Of a stretch of DNA of 64,000 nt, positions 39,301 to 57,045 are shown piece by piece. Each line of letters begins with the position of its first letter. Positions within the stretch are counted from its first letter, which is position 1. The stretch is from the human T2T-CHM13v2.0 reference genome, Homo sapiens, in the NCBI RefSeq assembly GCF_009914755.1, contig NC_060927.1; one strand, 5' to 3'. The notes beneath the pieces are model-generated. The model was not told the DNA's origin and made no database searches. It was given only the letters and a program-made list of their open reading frames with translations. A program made the translations under genes and the position numbers.

Positions 39301-41130
39301 TGTGTGGCTAGCAACATTGAAAAGATCCATCCCAGAAACAACAGGATTCTGTTAAAGTGCTTGCTTACTTGCTTTAGGATTGTTTCTTTATAAAATGGAA
39401 AAAATAAAACATGAACAAACAGAACCAGAAAGGGATTAGTACAGTCCAGGCTTTCTCTTTCCTCTGAACTTGTACTATGGGGGCTTTATAAAAAAGCCCC
39501 TCTCATCTTGATGTCGTAGTACCTAAAATTCCTTCATGAAGACTCATTAAAAATTACTCTTCCCCAAAGCCATATTTTAAAATGAGTTTTAATTTATTAT
39601 GTTACTTAACCCTTGTTGTCTCATTGGGAAAGCCCAGCCTATGACAACCTGGAAGGACTCAGAACTGGCATTTTAAAACAGAAAGTCTATCAGCAATGAA
39701 CAGCTTCAGTAAGAAAGCAGGGTCTGAGTCCCTGGGATCAGGGAAGGCTGGGAGGAACAAGTGTTCAGTGTGAATGTAATTCAGGATTTCAGATACTTCC
39801 TGCTGAGCCCATAAGTGTTACTGTGGCCAGAAGGCTGTCAGACTTTGACAAGTGAGCCCTATTTTTGGATGATGGAGAAGCAAGCCAAACCTTCCTTACT
39901 GGCCACATGGGGCTTTTTGGTTCTTAGGAATGTCTGGAAAAGCTCCTCACAGACCAAAGTCGAAGGATGGCATAAATGAACACATCTGGCTTCCCTGTTT
40001 TACCTGGAGCTACTCCTGAGTTGGACTTCTTTATCACCGCTTACGAGTACCTCTTTACAAAGCCAATATTCCAAAATCCAAATAGGATTTCAGAAGCCCC
40101 ATATTTCTAAGAGGAGGCCAAGGGGTGTAAGTGGTAGTAGACATGCAGAAAGTAAGGGTGAAGTGGTTTCCAAGTAAAATGAGGTTGTTGATTGACTTGA
40201 AGAGGTGACAGAGCCAAATTTATGAAAGCATTAGGGTTTCCCATACCTGACAGTATGGCTTGTTGGAAAAAGGAGCAGAAAGAGGCTGAGTTTTCTGTCA
40301 GAAACCACTGAAACCACTATTTATGTAATATTTATGGGAGACCATGTGTGATTCAATTGAATTGCTCTGTCTCGCTATAGCAGTTTTTAAAAGCTTCTTC
40401 GATTGTTGACCGGTCCGTTAAGACATGCTGCCCATGTAGATAAGGAAGACACTCAAGTTTCAACATCCACACTAAGTGATCATGAAGTTCTTATGGTTTA
40501 AAAAAGTTCAGATTTACAATTCCATGTAACCTTTCATTAATTAAACAGATTGGATCTTTGTTACTCTTCTGAAAGTTTTAGAATTGCACTTCATGTTTTA
40601 GAAATGACTCATCAGCTTTGCATTGCTCTGCTGACTGGAAAGCCTAAACTTGCAGAAGTAGTGTTTTTCACTGGATTTTGGAGTGTGCCTCTTTACGTGT
40701 GTTGTACCATGGTGGCCCAGCATAGAGGGTATAGCGATTGACTCCCTTCCTGTAATGCTTTTCAAAATGACACCTGAATGGTGGAAGCCCTGATGGTAGT
40801 GCTGATAAATAATGCTTTAGAAACCTGTTTTAACAAAATTAAGCCAATTTGGATAGCTTATAAGTAATCAACACAAATAGACACAGAAATATTAATGGAA
40901 GGTTTATGATATCAGGATTGTTAGCAACCAGAGGTCACGTAGAAAATATTTACGTCCACCAAGGATGCCTTAAGCATATAGTAGATGAGTCTTGTATGTT
41001 CCTGGAAATAGATGGGGAAAGGTTTAGTTAATAATGGTGTTATGAAACGTCTTTTTTAAGGAGTCTTAAATTATTTTTAAAATTCAAATTTATATAGTGC
41101 AGTGATTTTCAACTAGGGATCAATTTAGAG

Positions 41131-41348
41131 CAGTGATTTTCAACTAGGGATCCCACAACCCTACAAGGAGTGTTTAGAAATTCGTGGGACATTATTTGGG
41201 GAAATGCCACAGTCTGGGAGTGGGTGTAGGGGTCAAAGGGCAGGGAAGAGCCTAGATATATGTTAACTCAGCAGGAAGTGAAACAGCCTTGCCAAGTAAG
41301 GAACTATCTCACTCAAGATGCCAAAAGCTTCCTCACTGAGAAATGCTG
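41131..41348 (+). mobile_element. MER20/MER20B-like hAT MITE
   Basis: CAGTGATTTTCAAC...TGAGAAATGCTG termini; TSD ATTTAGAG / ATTTTAGAG. Confidence 0.6.
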
Positions 41349-44300
41349 ATTTTAGAGTACCGGATATTACTGTAAGTTAAGCCTAACCAGAGAAGTAATT
41401 GGAAGTGTCCGCCCTTTGGACTCTGAAGATGCATATCATATACTGAGAGAATAAAGTAGAATTTCCTGTAGAAATTCTGGAGATTTCCACACTTACTATT
41501 TTATTAAGGTGAACTACCTTGTGGATAGTTTTACTCAGTTGCTTAACTGAGGGTAAATTTTATTTCTCCCTGTCAGTAAAGCTAGCAACAGGGGGGCTAT
41601 AAATATAAATTTCCAGAATCTTACACCTGCTGACCATAAAAGTCAGTCTAGATCACTGGGGAAGCTGCACCAAAAGCATGTTTTCAGCAGCTACTGATAA
41701 AGCTAACATGAAATAAAATCACACACATTCAACGTGCTTCATAACAGTGCAGTGTAATGAAATCCAGAGGCCAATTGATAGTAAAAATCAGGTGTTGTAA
41801 AAGTGTACTTCACATAAAACTAATTTGATTACTCTTTTTAATAGCAGATGTAGAATAAATTCATGAAGATGTTAGGAACATGGGTAGGGTGAGTGAGGTT
41901 CGAGGAAGGAAAGACGACTTAAGTTGTTGGGAACTTTTCTTATGGAAAGAACATTTAATAGTTTTTCCAGTGTTATTGAGGTTATGGATGATTCACTATG
42001 ATTTCTTAAGCTGTCTCTGACATTTTCCCCAAGTTATTTCTAAGACAGTTCACTCGTTCATTCATCACTAAGAATTTGTTCTTTGTAGTAGGTATGCTTC
42101 TATTAAGTGTGGAAGACAAACCTGCAAACAATAAAACCCCTGTCGAAGGTGATAATGTCACAGTAGCTGTGTAGATAAAATACTGTGGGACCGAAGGGTC
42201 TACTCCAGCAAACCAACTCCAGCTTCTGATCATAATGGGGCAATCACTTAAGATACCTAGAAATGAGATAAAACAGTATTTCTGCTCTCCCACTAGATTC
42301 CATAACATTGGTTAATAAGCTAGGATGACTCTGGTATAAACAAACAATAGAAATTTAAAGTTCATTCTTAATTAAGATATGATATGTTGAGAGTCTATTT
42401 TATTCCCATGTATGTAGTCAAGTAAATGCTTCACTTCTAAATACTGAAACTATAAGATGTCCCACAGTAATTGAATTACAGACAAAAAGGCTCATTTGCT
42501 GCAGTTGCAGTAATTATGTGGTGAAGCAGTTAATTTTGAGCAAGTGTGAAAAGATGTCACGTTGTCACAGAAAGGATCAGAAAGAGAAAATCACTTTCCA
42601 CTGCAGCATATTGATCTGATACCTCAGAAGCCTGATACTTTGTCCTCCATTAAATCATGTTTAAAATATTTGATTTTAAAATAACTTATTGACTTTCTTT
42701 TTTGTTTGTAAAATAAGACATGTTGAATGAGAATAACACCAAAATGCATGGAGACAAAACTATCAGTCAATGCATATACCACTCCATATCTGTTGTGAAC
42801 ATTTTATTGTTTGTCATTTCAGCATGTTTACTAGGCATAAACATAGTTGAACAGTTTCTTTTCTTTTTAATTAGAATTATGGTACATAAATGTTACTGTA
42901 AATGCATTTAATGGAAAATATTTTTATTGATTGATTTTGCCATCAAATTCCTATGCCTGCCCTTGTTAGAGGTCCCCCCTGCTTCCGATTTTAGTGTTTT
43001 ATTTGATTTCACAAAGATGGTGGGATTCAAGGTGTGATGTGGTGTAAACTTGTACTTTTTAGAAATAGATACTTCCTCATATGTTTGCCATGTATCATAA
43101 AATTACTGCCCTTTAGTAGGATGGGAAGCATAGTTTTCTTTTTCAGGGAAAAGAAAATAGCTATTTTGCTAGAGAAGGAAAACTTCAGGGTATTATAAGG
43201 ATTTATTTGTGATCACATTTGCCTGATGCTGATAGATGCAATGGTATACACATTGCTTGTTTAGATTGTCGTTCTTTTATTCTGCTTTCTTAACTTTGCT
43301 GCAGATGCTCTTAGTCACTGCATGTTCACATACTGGAGTGGTTAATGCTCCTTTTAGAAGCTAAGTTATCAGGCTGTCAGTCAAGAATGTACTAACTGCT
43401 GACTTTATGGATGCGTCCCAAAAGTTAGATTTGGCGTTAGAGGTCACATTCATACAAAACTCTGTTTTATGAGAGCAACGAATACTTTATGGTCCAAGTG
43501 CTGTTGGCAATTTTCCAGTTTCTATCTATGTGTCTATCAGCTCTACACTTTGTAGAAAGTAGGCATGCATGTGCCTGCACATGTGTTAACCTTAAAAGCA
43601 TAGTTCTTTTCCATGAAAGCTGCTTTATTTTTTCTTACCCAGAAAGATTCTATTGTGGTAATGGTAACTTCTAACCCAGGATTATACATCTTCCTTAGGC
43701 TTCAGTTAAATCCTACTGTTGCTCTCTACTAACTGAACTTTAAGTTATCAAAAATAAGAGCCTTCCCATTATTTTACTATGTCAATATCTGTTGTTACCT
43801 CCCTGCATTAAAAGACCCCAGATGGAAAATTGTCTTTCTAAATTCCCTTCAGCAATACCTATTGCAGGTAAGAAACTATTTTTTAACAAATATTATAATG
43901 TGGTTGCTATTTATCTTCTCTAACTGTTTAACATGAACCATGGAGATGACGGATATTTTATTGTTTTAAAATAAGCTTGTTTCATTCTACATATCATCAT
44001 TAGACTTTTGCCTTAGCAGTAAGTATGAAAGGTTAAGAAATAGATTCCATTTTTAAATAAAAAACTTAAACTATGTTTCAGTTTAAGGTCTTCAAAATTT
44101 TTCCCATAGTTGCGATATTTTTTTTCTGAGGTAATAAGCCCTGTCCAAGGAGATGCTGAATAACTCTCTAATAATGTCCAACAATGTCTGACATCACAGA
44201 GAAGGAATTGAGAGGGTCTCCCAGGTAGTCAAATGGATGCTGTTGCTATGGTAAGTTCCTACGTCACCATGACAAGCAGAAATATCCAAGGAAGCAGCAG

Positions 44301-47300
44301 TGGCGGAGCAAAGGCAGCCACTTCTAGCCTGGCAACTAAAAGCTGAAAACTCACATGACTGAATTTCAGGGAACAGTTTTCCCATAGTTGAGAGTGGGGT
44401 GCCTAACTGAATCATCAATGTCAGCTATGAACAGTAAGAAAAATGCCTTTGTAAGATCAAAGATAGATACTGTATTTGGAATTTGTTCAGGAAGAGTAAC
44501 TTTGCAATTGCAAATATACTTTTAACTGCAGTATTTGTTATCTGTCTTCGAAGGAGAGCTGCATGTTGATAGGCCACTTCCTGCCTTTCATCTTTTTTTT
44601 CTGATTGTAGGCAAAGTGGGTGCGGGGAAGCAGCACCGTAGAAGTGCCAGTCCTTTTTTAAGAGCTGTTTTAAAACATGGACAACTGAATTACATATTTT
44701 AGAAAGTAGAGTTGGTTCTGAAGAAATGCAATTTTGTGGTAATTTTGTGGTAGGGTCACTATGAATGGCTTCCAAGAGACTTCTGCCAAATAATAGCAGA
44801 GGTCAACAGTATAATCTATAGAGAAACTAGAGAACAGAAAATAAGAATGTATTAGTTTTAGGAGCCAGGGTGTTATATAGACTGACAGGAGGCTGCCAGG
44901 ATCAAGAAACAAGTTTTAAGAGAATAGGAAGCCCATCTGATAGGAGACAGTATCCATGAGAGTAGACACTGATTTGTCAGTTTGACAGGTTCTTGTTCGT
45001 GGAATCAGCATAAAGTTACCTTGATCCACTTTAACTTGAGGGTGTTTAATCAGGTGTTTGGTATAACGAATGTTGAGGGTAGTAATTTGGGGCCACATTA
45101 GGCTATTTGCAAAGTCACACTTGAATAGCCTTAACCAAGATGATTTTTCTAAATGAAATTGAAGGAAGCAAAGGGGAGGAAACTCATCAAAGGTTGCTGA
45201 AAATTACATGTAGAAGATACGCTATTCCCTTTCCTTCTCAGCCTTCATTTTTCTTCATCAGCTCTCGCCAGTGATGCATCTGTGAGAGGATAATGCAGGC
45301 TATCCTGCCATGAGTAATGGACCTTGATTTCCACTTTTCTGATTGCTTGCTATCTGCTGTAAGTAATGCCTTACAGGCATTCTCCCTGTGTCCTAGAGCA
45401 TTTTAACTAATACTCTATTTGGGCAGAAGTCCCAATAACCACATAATTTTTCATTCAACTTTTCTAATTTTTGTCTTTATTGATTTCCAGTAAAACTCTC
45501 AGTGCAGATTTTTGCACGTTTGTTTTGTAACCACAAGGTTTTTTGTTGGTATGTACCTTTTCTTTGTGATATTCTTTCCTTTGAGAATAGCAAGGAACCC
45601 TGAGAATTGTTAGATTGTTCTCAAAATAGATCACTTCTTGTCTGCTCCATTCGGCTGTGACTTCTCTCATTAGGATAATAGAATAAAATTGCCCTTAAGA
45701 AGCTTTTCCTTTATTGATCCAGTTCATTTCAGAGGCGGAAAGTGAAGAAGAAACTAAGAGTCCTTTTTATTATCTTATTGTAAATAAACCTGGCCATTTT
45801 TACTCTTAAAAACAATACTGTACTCATTTTACTCATACTAATAGTACAAATTCAAGTAATCTCAGTTTTATAATTTAATAGGAAAATACGTAAATATGTG
45901 TGTGTGTTTATGTGCAAAATGTTTAGTTTTAACTTACCCTCTTGTGGATTCACTTTTACAGATCATTAAATTGGTGAGTTTAGATCAGTTCTAACATTGT
46001 ACAGTTTTATCTGTGATTCCCAATGTATGCTTCATAAAATCTCAGATCTAGAAATAACCATAAGAGAAACCTTCTGGTTTTCCTTTGTCTGTTTGAGCAG
46101 TAGTAGATTTAATATAAGAAGAGCTGTCTGTGTTTTTTGTTGTTCTTGTTTTTTGTTTTTTTTTTTCTTCTGGTGAATTTCTAAGACTATAAACCTGTGG
46201 TGATTTTTAAGTAGGAAAGTTTTTAAAACTGTTTTGGAAGATAGTTGAAATAGTGACAGTAGTTGTCTGGACTTTGCAGTATCAATAATTTAGCACTTTT
46301 AATGGTCAAGGACAGACCCCTCTTTCCACTAGTCATGTCTAGGGGCACTTGAACTCCCCATTGATTTTTTCATCATGGAGGAGCCTCTCAGTGTTCCAGG
46401 TAGTTCTTCCCTGAGCACACGAATGGTTGGATTGATGTGAGGAGGCCCACAATTTAAAGGCCCAGGTTTGGCCATGTTTATTACTTGTCTGAGCTGCAGA
46501 CAGTTGTGGTGTTCACATTTTCTAGTGTCATAGGCAGTTTTGCTCCAGATTCTGAATAAATGCAAAAGTAGGGCTAAGGTGGTTTAGTCCTAACCAACCC
46601 GTTAAAGGTCCAGATCTCCTAATTTCTGAAAGTTTAACATCTCCATAATAAATTATGCACTGAATTGTGTCTAAAATAAAAAATTTATATTTATTAAGGG
46701 CCTCTATGGCTTTGCTTTGAGGACATTAGAAATTGACTTTTTTTAAGGAAAAAAATGTTTTTCAATATACTTTCTAAATAGATGTTGGGAATTCTTATTA
46801 AAATGTTGGAGAAGTTATTTTTTCCTTAGTACAGAATTCTAAGAAAGCACATCAGAAATGTTTAAAATGTCAGAAGTTAAAAAACAACTTAGTGACGGCT
46901 TACAAAATTCAGCTTTAAGCCAATTTTCAAATCATAGAATCCAGCGTTAATTAATAATGGAGGGCAGTTTGCATAAACTGGGAAAAACAGGGAGTGAGAC
47001 AAATATACAAAACAGCTGTTACAGTTTTTCTTAAGACTCAGCTACACAGTTAAGTTTCTTTTTTTTTTTTTTTAACGAGTATAAAGGCTCTGTGAAGGCC
47101 CGCATAGCTGATATATTGTGTCTTTATTTTTCTTGTAGAGAATGGAGAGGGGGGAATGGAGAACTTATAGACAGAGAAGCGGGGAATGCAGGACAGCCTG
47201 GCCCCTGCTGGAGATAAGGAGGTAAAATCATAGCATACAGTGGTAATAACAGGCCTTCATGGTCATCTAGCCCAACTTTTTGATGCTTGAAGACTCTCCA

Positions 47301-47445
47301 CAGTTTTTCAGCTTCATCAGTTGCTAATTTTGTCTTGAACCGGCCTGACATTGGATCTATTTTTCCTTTTGTGAGGTGAAAGCCAGGACTAGACACTGGT
47401 CATTTTTACTCTGTCTGGTACCATTATTGGTCCCATAGTTCACTA

Positions 47446-47805
<360 letters not shown>

Positions 47806-49584
47806 TTATTTACACTTTATTACATTTTATATCTGTTCCCAGATTATCTTTGACCATTTCTGTATGAATGCCACAAAATTCCAGTTCTGTTCTCTCTTCA
47901 GCATTACTTTCCTATAAAGGCCCAGCCAGTTCTTCTAGGTCAATCCTGAGGTTCCAGGAATGGCCAGTTACCTGACCTATTTCCTGTGATCACATCCCTT
48001 GAAAGTTGCTGAACCTACTTAGTCCTAAATAATAGCACAACAAATAACTGAACAGTTCTTTTCAGACTCTTTTCAATGTGTTGTTGATGCCCAAAGTAAG
48101 AGAATCCAGGTCACAGTTGGCAAAGTTTGCAGTGGCAGGAAGCTCTTGGGGAACCCAGGGTTCCTTCTTGACCGTGTCTTTGGCAGTGTGGATAAATTTA
48201 GCCATTAGTTAAGGGGTTAATAATGGGACAAATTGAGATCATCAGAGGGAGTAAAGAGAATTGTCTGAATTCTCCAATGGCTTTTATAATTGCCAAGTGT
48301 CCAGTGCTGAGAATGTTATATTATTATATATTATCTATTCCCTAATGATTTGGACCACATTTGTTGCACTCTATTACCTGCTGCCTAGTTTCCAAATGGT
48401 TTTATTATTATATAGGTTTTATCTCACCAACAAGTTCTTTATTGTTCCAACTCATATTTTATAATCACTGTCATCTCTCTTAATGCTAGTCCATTAATAG
48501 GTCCTCAAAAGGTTGATTTGGGATCAGAAGGTCTCCCTAGAGGAGTTATATATAAGAGCTATGAAAGAATTTGCCCACCTTTTAGTACAGATTTGGCAGT
48601 CATCAAAGCAAATGGCTGGGAGAGCTCAGCAAGCAGAATTCTCCTTTGACTCCTCAGTGAGCCCCTACCTTTCAGTTCAAGGGAAGCTATAATGTGATAT
48701 AAAATATGTCTGATATTTGCTGTTAGATTGTGATTTTTGGTACACAGCAGACAACGACAGGTTTTCCTTATTTTTTTCCCCCTAGAATCAGGGCGATCAA
48801 GTATATTTTATTTTCTCCAGTTGGTTCTTTTTCAAATTTTCGCCTAAACTTTTATTCTTAAGCCGTATAGTAGTACATATTTTAAAATCTAGCAATACTT
48901 GGACATTTGTGAAGACCTTTATTTGGTACAAAATGTCTTTTGAATTTTTGCTTGTACTTAAAAATATTTACAATAAACACAGGAAGTTGTATGCTACTCT
49001 GAGATTATAGGGGAGGTTTGTAGAGTGCCCTTCCCTTACGTGCTGTGTTGCTTATGAAAATGACAAGCTTTCATAATATCTGTTAAACTGTAACCTGCCT
49101 ATTGTGTTCAGTACAGAATGCTGAATTTAGTTAAAATGTTAAGATATGTTTGTTCCACTTCTGCCTCAGAAAAATTAGATGGAGATGTGTGTGCTCTCCA
49201 TCAATAAAGCGTATTTGTTTTGAAAGATGCAGCACTCACGGGCTGTCAGTCATAACGACTTCTGAGAGTACTTTAAGAGCTGCAGCATCAATATTTACAA
49301 AATACAAAGTGAAGAAAAGTACATTGCGTCACAGACATGTGCTGTCTTGTTCCGATTCCCTCCCTCCTCAGTGTATTTAGTATAGTTAAGTCTATATGGA
49401 GGAGTATTTGAGATACGAATGGAAGTTTGGGATTCCTCTAAAGTAATTACTGAGAGGTATGAATGAAATACCAACAAGGCTTGTAAAATGGAATTACTTT
49501 TCCTCCCAAAGTAAATGTATTGATTAAAAACTAAAATCAGTGATACAATCAGATGGAAGAAAGTACCTGTGTTTAAAGTCCAGA

Positions 49585-49745
49585 GCCTTTATAGGCTGTG
49601 TTCCTAGTTTGCTTCTTAATGACATTATAAAGATTATGTAAATCTCTCTGAGGCGCCTCTCAAATGGGCATAATTTTACCCATTTCATGGGATTTTGTAA
49701 TAATAAATGTGTGCAATAAAGGCTTTGTAAGTTATAAAGTGGTAC
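49585..49745 (+). mobile_element. MIR/MIR3
   Basis: AATCTCTCTGAG..CCTCAAATGGGCATAAT..GCTTTGTAAGTTATAAAGT. Confidence 0.5.
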
Positions 49746-50424
49746 ATAGTTGGAAAGCAGCAAATAAGGTAGCCTAGGGTTTTTTAATGGCAGTACTAGC
49801 TTTTTGTATAAGAAAATATATTTGGAACTTATTAATGAAATGTACTCAAGTTGTATATTATAAAGTGCTTTATCATAAAAAATTAAAACGAATGTATTAG
49901 ATATGTCAGAACAATGACTTTATTATTATATTATAATCTATCTTTGAAAAAAACTAAAAGCAGCATGGGCTCACTTTTAGCATATAGTCTCTCTTATTTA
50001 TCCTGTATTCTGCCACTAACTCTTGTGGCCTGGTAAATTACTAAGTGAAAGCATTCTCTCCCTCTTGTTTCCCCAACATAATGCCATTGTGTAAATATGG
50101 AAAGGCTTGGTTAGACACTTATCACAAAGTACGTTGGAGATTCCAATTAGAAATGGACTAAATTAATGAGAAATGGTTTTAGCAGGGTTAAGAATCTTGC
50201 TTAGGGGAAAAATGATATTGTATTTGAAAATTCTTGGGTTTAACTCAATATGTGGATGGTTACCTATCCCTAAAATCAGCAAACACAATGCCTTAATGAT
50301 ATAAAGAGCTTCTTCAGTGATTTCCCAGGTTTATATGGTTTATGATTATTTTACAGAGTAGCTTTTTTTTGGTATTATAAAGCATTACCTTTATATTTAA
50401 ATAGGATGCTAGAAAATAAAAATT

Positions 50425-50443
50425 TGGCCAGCAGAGGGAGCAG
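50425..50443 (+). promoter_or_regulatory. CTCF-like motif
   Basis: TGGCCAGCAGAGGGAGCAG, close to the CTCF core CCASYAGRKGGCRS; isolated GC-rich word in AT-rich unique DNA. Binding not shown. Confidence 0.55.
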
Positions 50444-50608
50444 ACTTATGTAAATTGGGCTGTAAGGAAGATACTCTAGGGTACTTCAGTAAACGTGTAT
50501 CTTGTGGGTAGTGATTTACAACATTCTTGTACTGTGCATTGAGAAGAAAATTAAAGGAAGGAACTTCAGTCATATTAAAACCAGTTCTTTATGTTCTCAC
50601 TTTGATGC

Positions 50609-50616
<8 letters not shown>

Positions 50617-50644
<28 letters not shown>

Positions 50645-50934
50645 GAGAAAGAGTCTCATTCTGTTACCCAGGCTGAAGTGCAATAGCATGATCACAGCTC
50701 ATTGCACCCTCTACCTCCTGGCTCCAAGGCTCAGGGGATTCTCCCACCTCAACCTCCTAAGTAGCTAGGACCACCGGTGTGCACCACCATGCCTGGTTAA
50801 TTATTAAATTTTTTGTAGAGACAGAGTCTGATTATGTTGCCTAGGCTGGTCTCAAACCCCTAGGCTCAAACGATTACTCCTGCCTTGACCTAACATAGTG
50901 CTGGGATTACAGACATGAGCCATGGCACCTGGCC
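50617..50934 (-). mobile_element. AluJ
   Basis: T-tail, ATCACAGCTCATTGCA, TAGGCTCAAACGAT. Confidence 0.92.
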
Positions 50935-51898
50935 ACTCTGGTACTTTTTAAAAGAGAAAAAAGGCGAGCAAATAATACACGAATAGGAACTGTGTTTTGT
51001 TATTGTTGTTATTCTTAGACATGAAGAATCTTTTGTAAATAAATGTCATCAATTTAGTAAATTTACTGGATAAAAATAAGGTTTTAGTACTTGGCTCTGG
51101 TTGGAGCACATTCATTCTAAACACATAAAAGGAATATAAATAACACCTGAAAGAAATATAAAAGGAATTGTTAATGTTCTAAACAGAGCACTGTTATGAC
51201 TGAATCATCAAGTAAGCACTTACATTTTGTATCATATATATTAAATCAGGAAAATGGAAAATATTTAACATAAAAATTTCACCCAGCATGAAGCAAGTAT
51301 AAAACAAACGGTTTTCTGCTCAACACTAGTTATATAGAAATTAATCAATGATAGCATCCTATGCATTCTAATTAATTTCCTTGGCAAATGTGCAGGCTGA
51401 TATAAGATGATTGGATTCATGCATTTACAAGTACTATTTATTAAATACGTATATTCAAGGCAGTATTCTAAGCATTTGGGAAGGTAAAGGTAAACCACAC
51501 CTACCTTTATGTAATTTGTAATTTAGTAAATGGTGAGTCTAATTCTAGTGTACCAAAGTGAAAGTAGGTGGGCGTTGCAGCAGCTAGGATAAGCAACTTC
51601 GCTAAACACTATACTACTTAAAATAAGAAATACGTATTCTTTTTTTGCTTTTGAGAAAAATATTTTTGTTTTGCAACCATTAAGATTGAGAAGTTTTGCT
51701 TTATGAAGTGAAGTCGATTTGACTGTTACTTAAGTTATTCACCATCTTTCTTACAGTAAAGAACAGTAGCTAAGGAAAAAGATTTCCAATCAGTGATACA
51801 GACTATTGATTCTTAACTAAATCATTGTTTCTGCATTGTTTTTTAAAATTATAATTAGATATCAGGATGATAGAAAACATCCAGATTTTTTAATTATT

Positions 51899-51929
<31 letters not shown>

Positions 51930-52150
51930 TTATTATTATACTTTAAGTTTTAGGGTACATGTGCACAATGTGCAGGTTAGTTACATATGTATACATGTGC
52001 CATGCTGGTGCGCTGCACCTACTAACTCGTCATCTAGCATTACGTATACCTCTCAATGCTATCCCTCCCCCCTCACCCCACCCCACAACAGTCCCCGGTG
52101 TGTGATGTTCCCCTTCCTGTGTCCATGTGTTCTCATTGTTCAATTCCCAC

Positions 52151-55979
<3,829 letters not shown>

Positions 55980-56028
55980 TTATTTTGCTCGTTAGTTGAT
56001 CGCAGTTTCTTCCTAGTCTCAATGGTCT

Positions 56029-57045
56029 TTACATTTTGGCATGATTTTGCAGCGGCTGGTACCGGTTGTTCCTTTCCATGTTTAGTGCTTCCTTCAGGAG
56101 GTCTTTTAGGGCAGGCCTGGTGGTGACAAAATCTCTCAGCATTTGCTTGTCTGTAAAGTATTTTATTTCTCCTTCACTTATGAAGCTTAGTTTGGCTGGA
56201 TATGAAATTCTGGGTTGAAAATTCTTTTCTTTAAGAATGTTGAATATTGGCCCCCACTCTCTTCTGGCTTCTAGAGTTTCTGCCAAGAGATCCGCTGTTA
56301 GTCTGATAGGCTTCCCTTTGAGGGTAATCCAAACTTTCTCTCTGGCTGCCCTTAACATTTTTTCCTTCATTTCACCTTTGGTGAATCTGACAGTTATGTA
56401 TCTTGGTGTTGCTCTTCTCGAGGAGTATCTTTGTGGCGTTCTCTGTATTTCCTGAATCTGAATGTTGGCCTGCCTTGCTAGATTGGGGAAGTTCTCCTGG
56501 ATAATATCCTGCAGAGTGTTTTCCAACTTGGTTCCATTCTCCCCGTCACTTTCAGGTACACCAATCAGACATAGATTTGGTCTTTTCACATAGTCCCATA
56601 TTTCTTGGAGGCTTTGCTCGTTTCTTTTTATTCTTTTTTCTCTAAACTTCCCTTCTTGCTTCATTTCATTCATTTCATCTTCCATCACTGATACCCTTTC
56701 TTCCATTTGATCGCATCAGCTCCTGAGACTTCTGCATTCTTCACGTAGTTCTCGAGCCTTGGTTTTCAGCTCCATCAGCTCCTTTAAGCACTTCTCTGTA
56801 TTGGTTATTCTAGTTATACATTCTTCTAAATTTTTTTCAAAGTTTTCAACTTCTTTGCCTTTGGTGTGAATGTCCTCCCGTAGCTCGGAGTAATTTGATC
56901 GTCTGAAGCCTTCTTCTCTCAGCTCGTCAAAGTCATTCTCCGTCCAGCTTTGTTCTGTTGCTGGTGAGGAACTGTGTTCCTTTCGAGGAGGAGAGGCGCT
57001 CTGCTGTTTAGAGTTTCCAGTTTTTCTGCTCTGTTTTTTCCCCAT
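56029..57045 (-). pseudogene. L1 ORF1p (RNA-binding chaperone) with one premature stop
   Basis: MGKKQSRKTGNSK...SLRS* (56716-57045) continues in frame as ...MEERVSVMEDEMNEMK...RYQPLQNHAKM. The stop is a CGA>TGA CpG decay. Confidence 0.95.

Noticed and set aside
44099-44390. 14-bp repeat TTTTCCCATAGTTG twice
   Set aside because: Too short to separate from chance.
44194-45098. Cluster of minus-strand ORFs of 60-116 aa
   Set aside because: No recognisable domain or splice structure; lengths are expected by chance.
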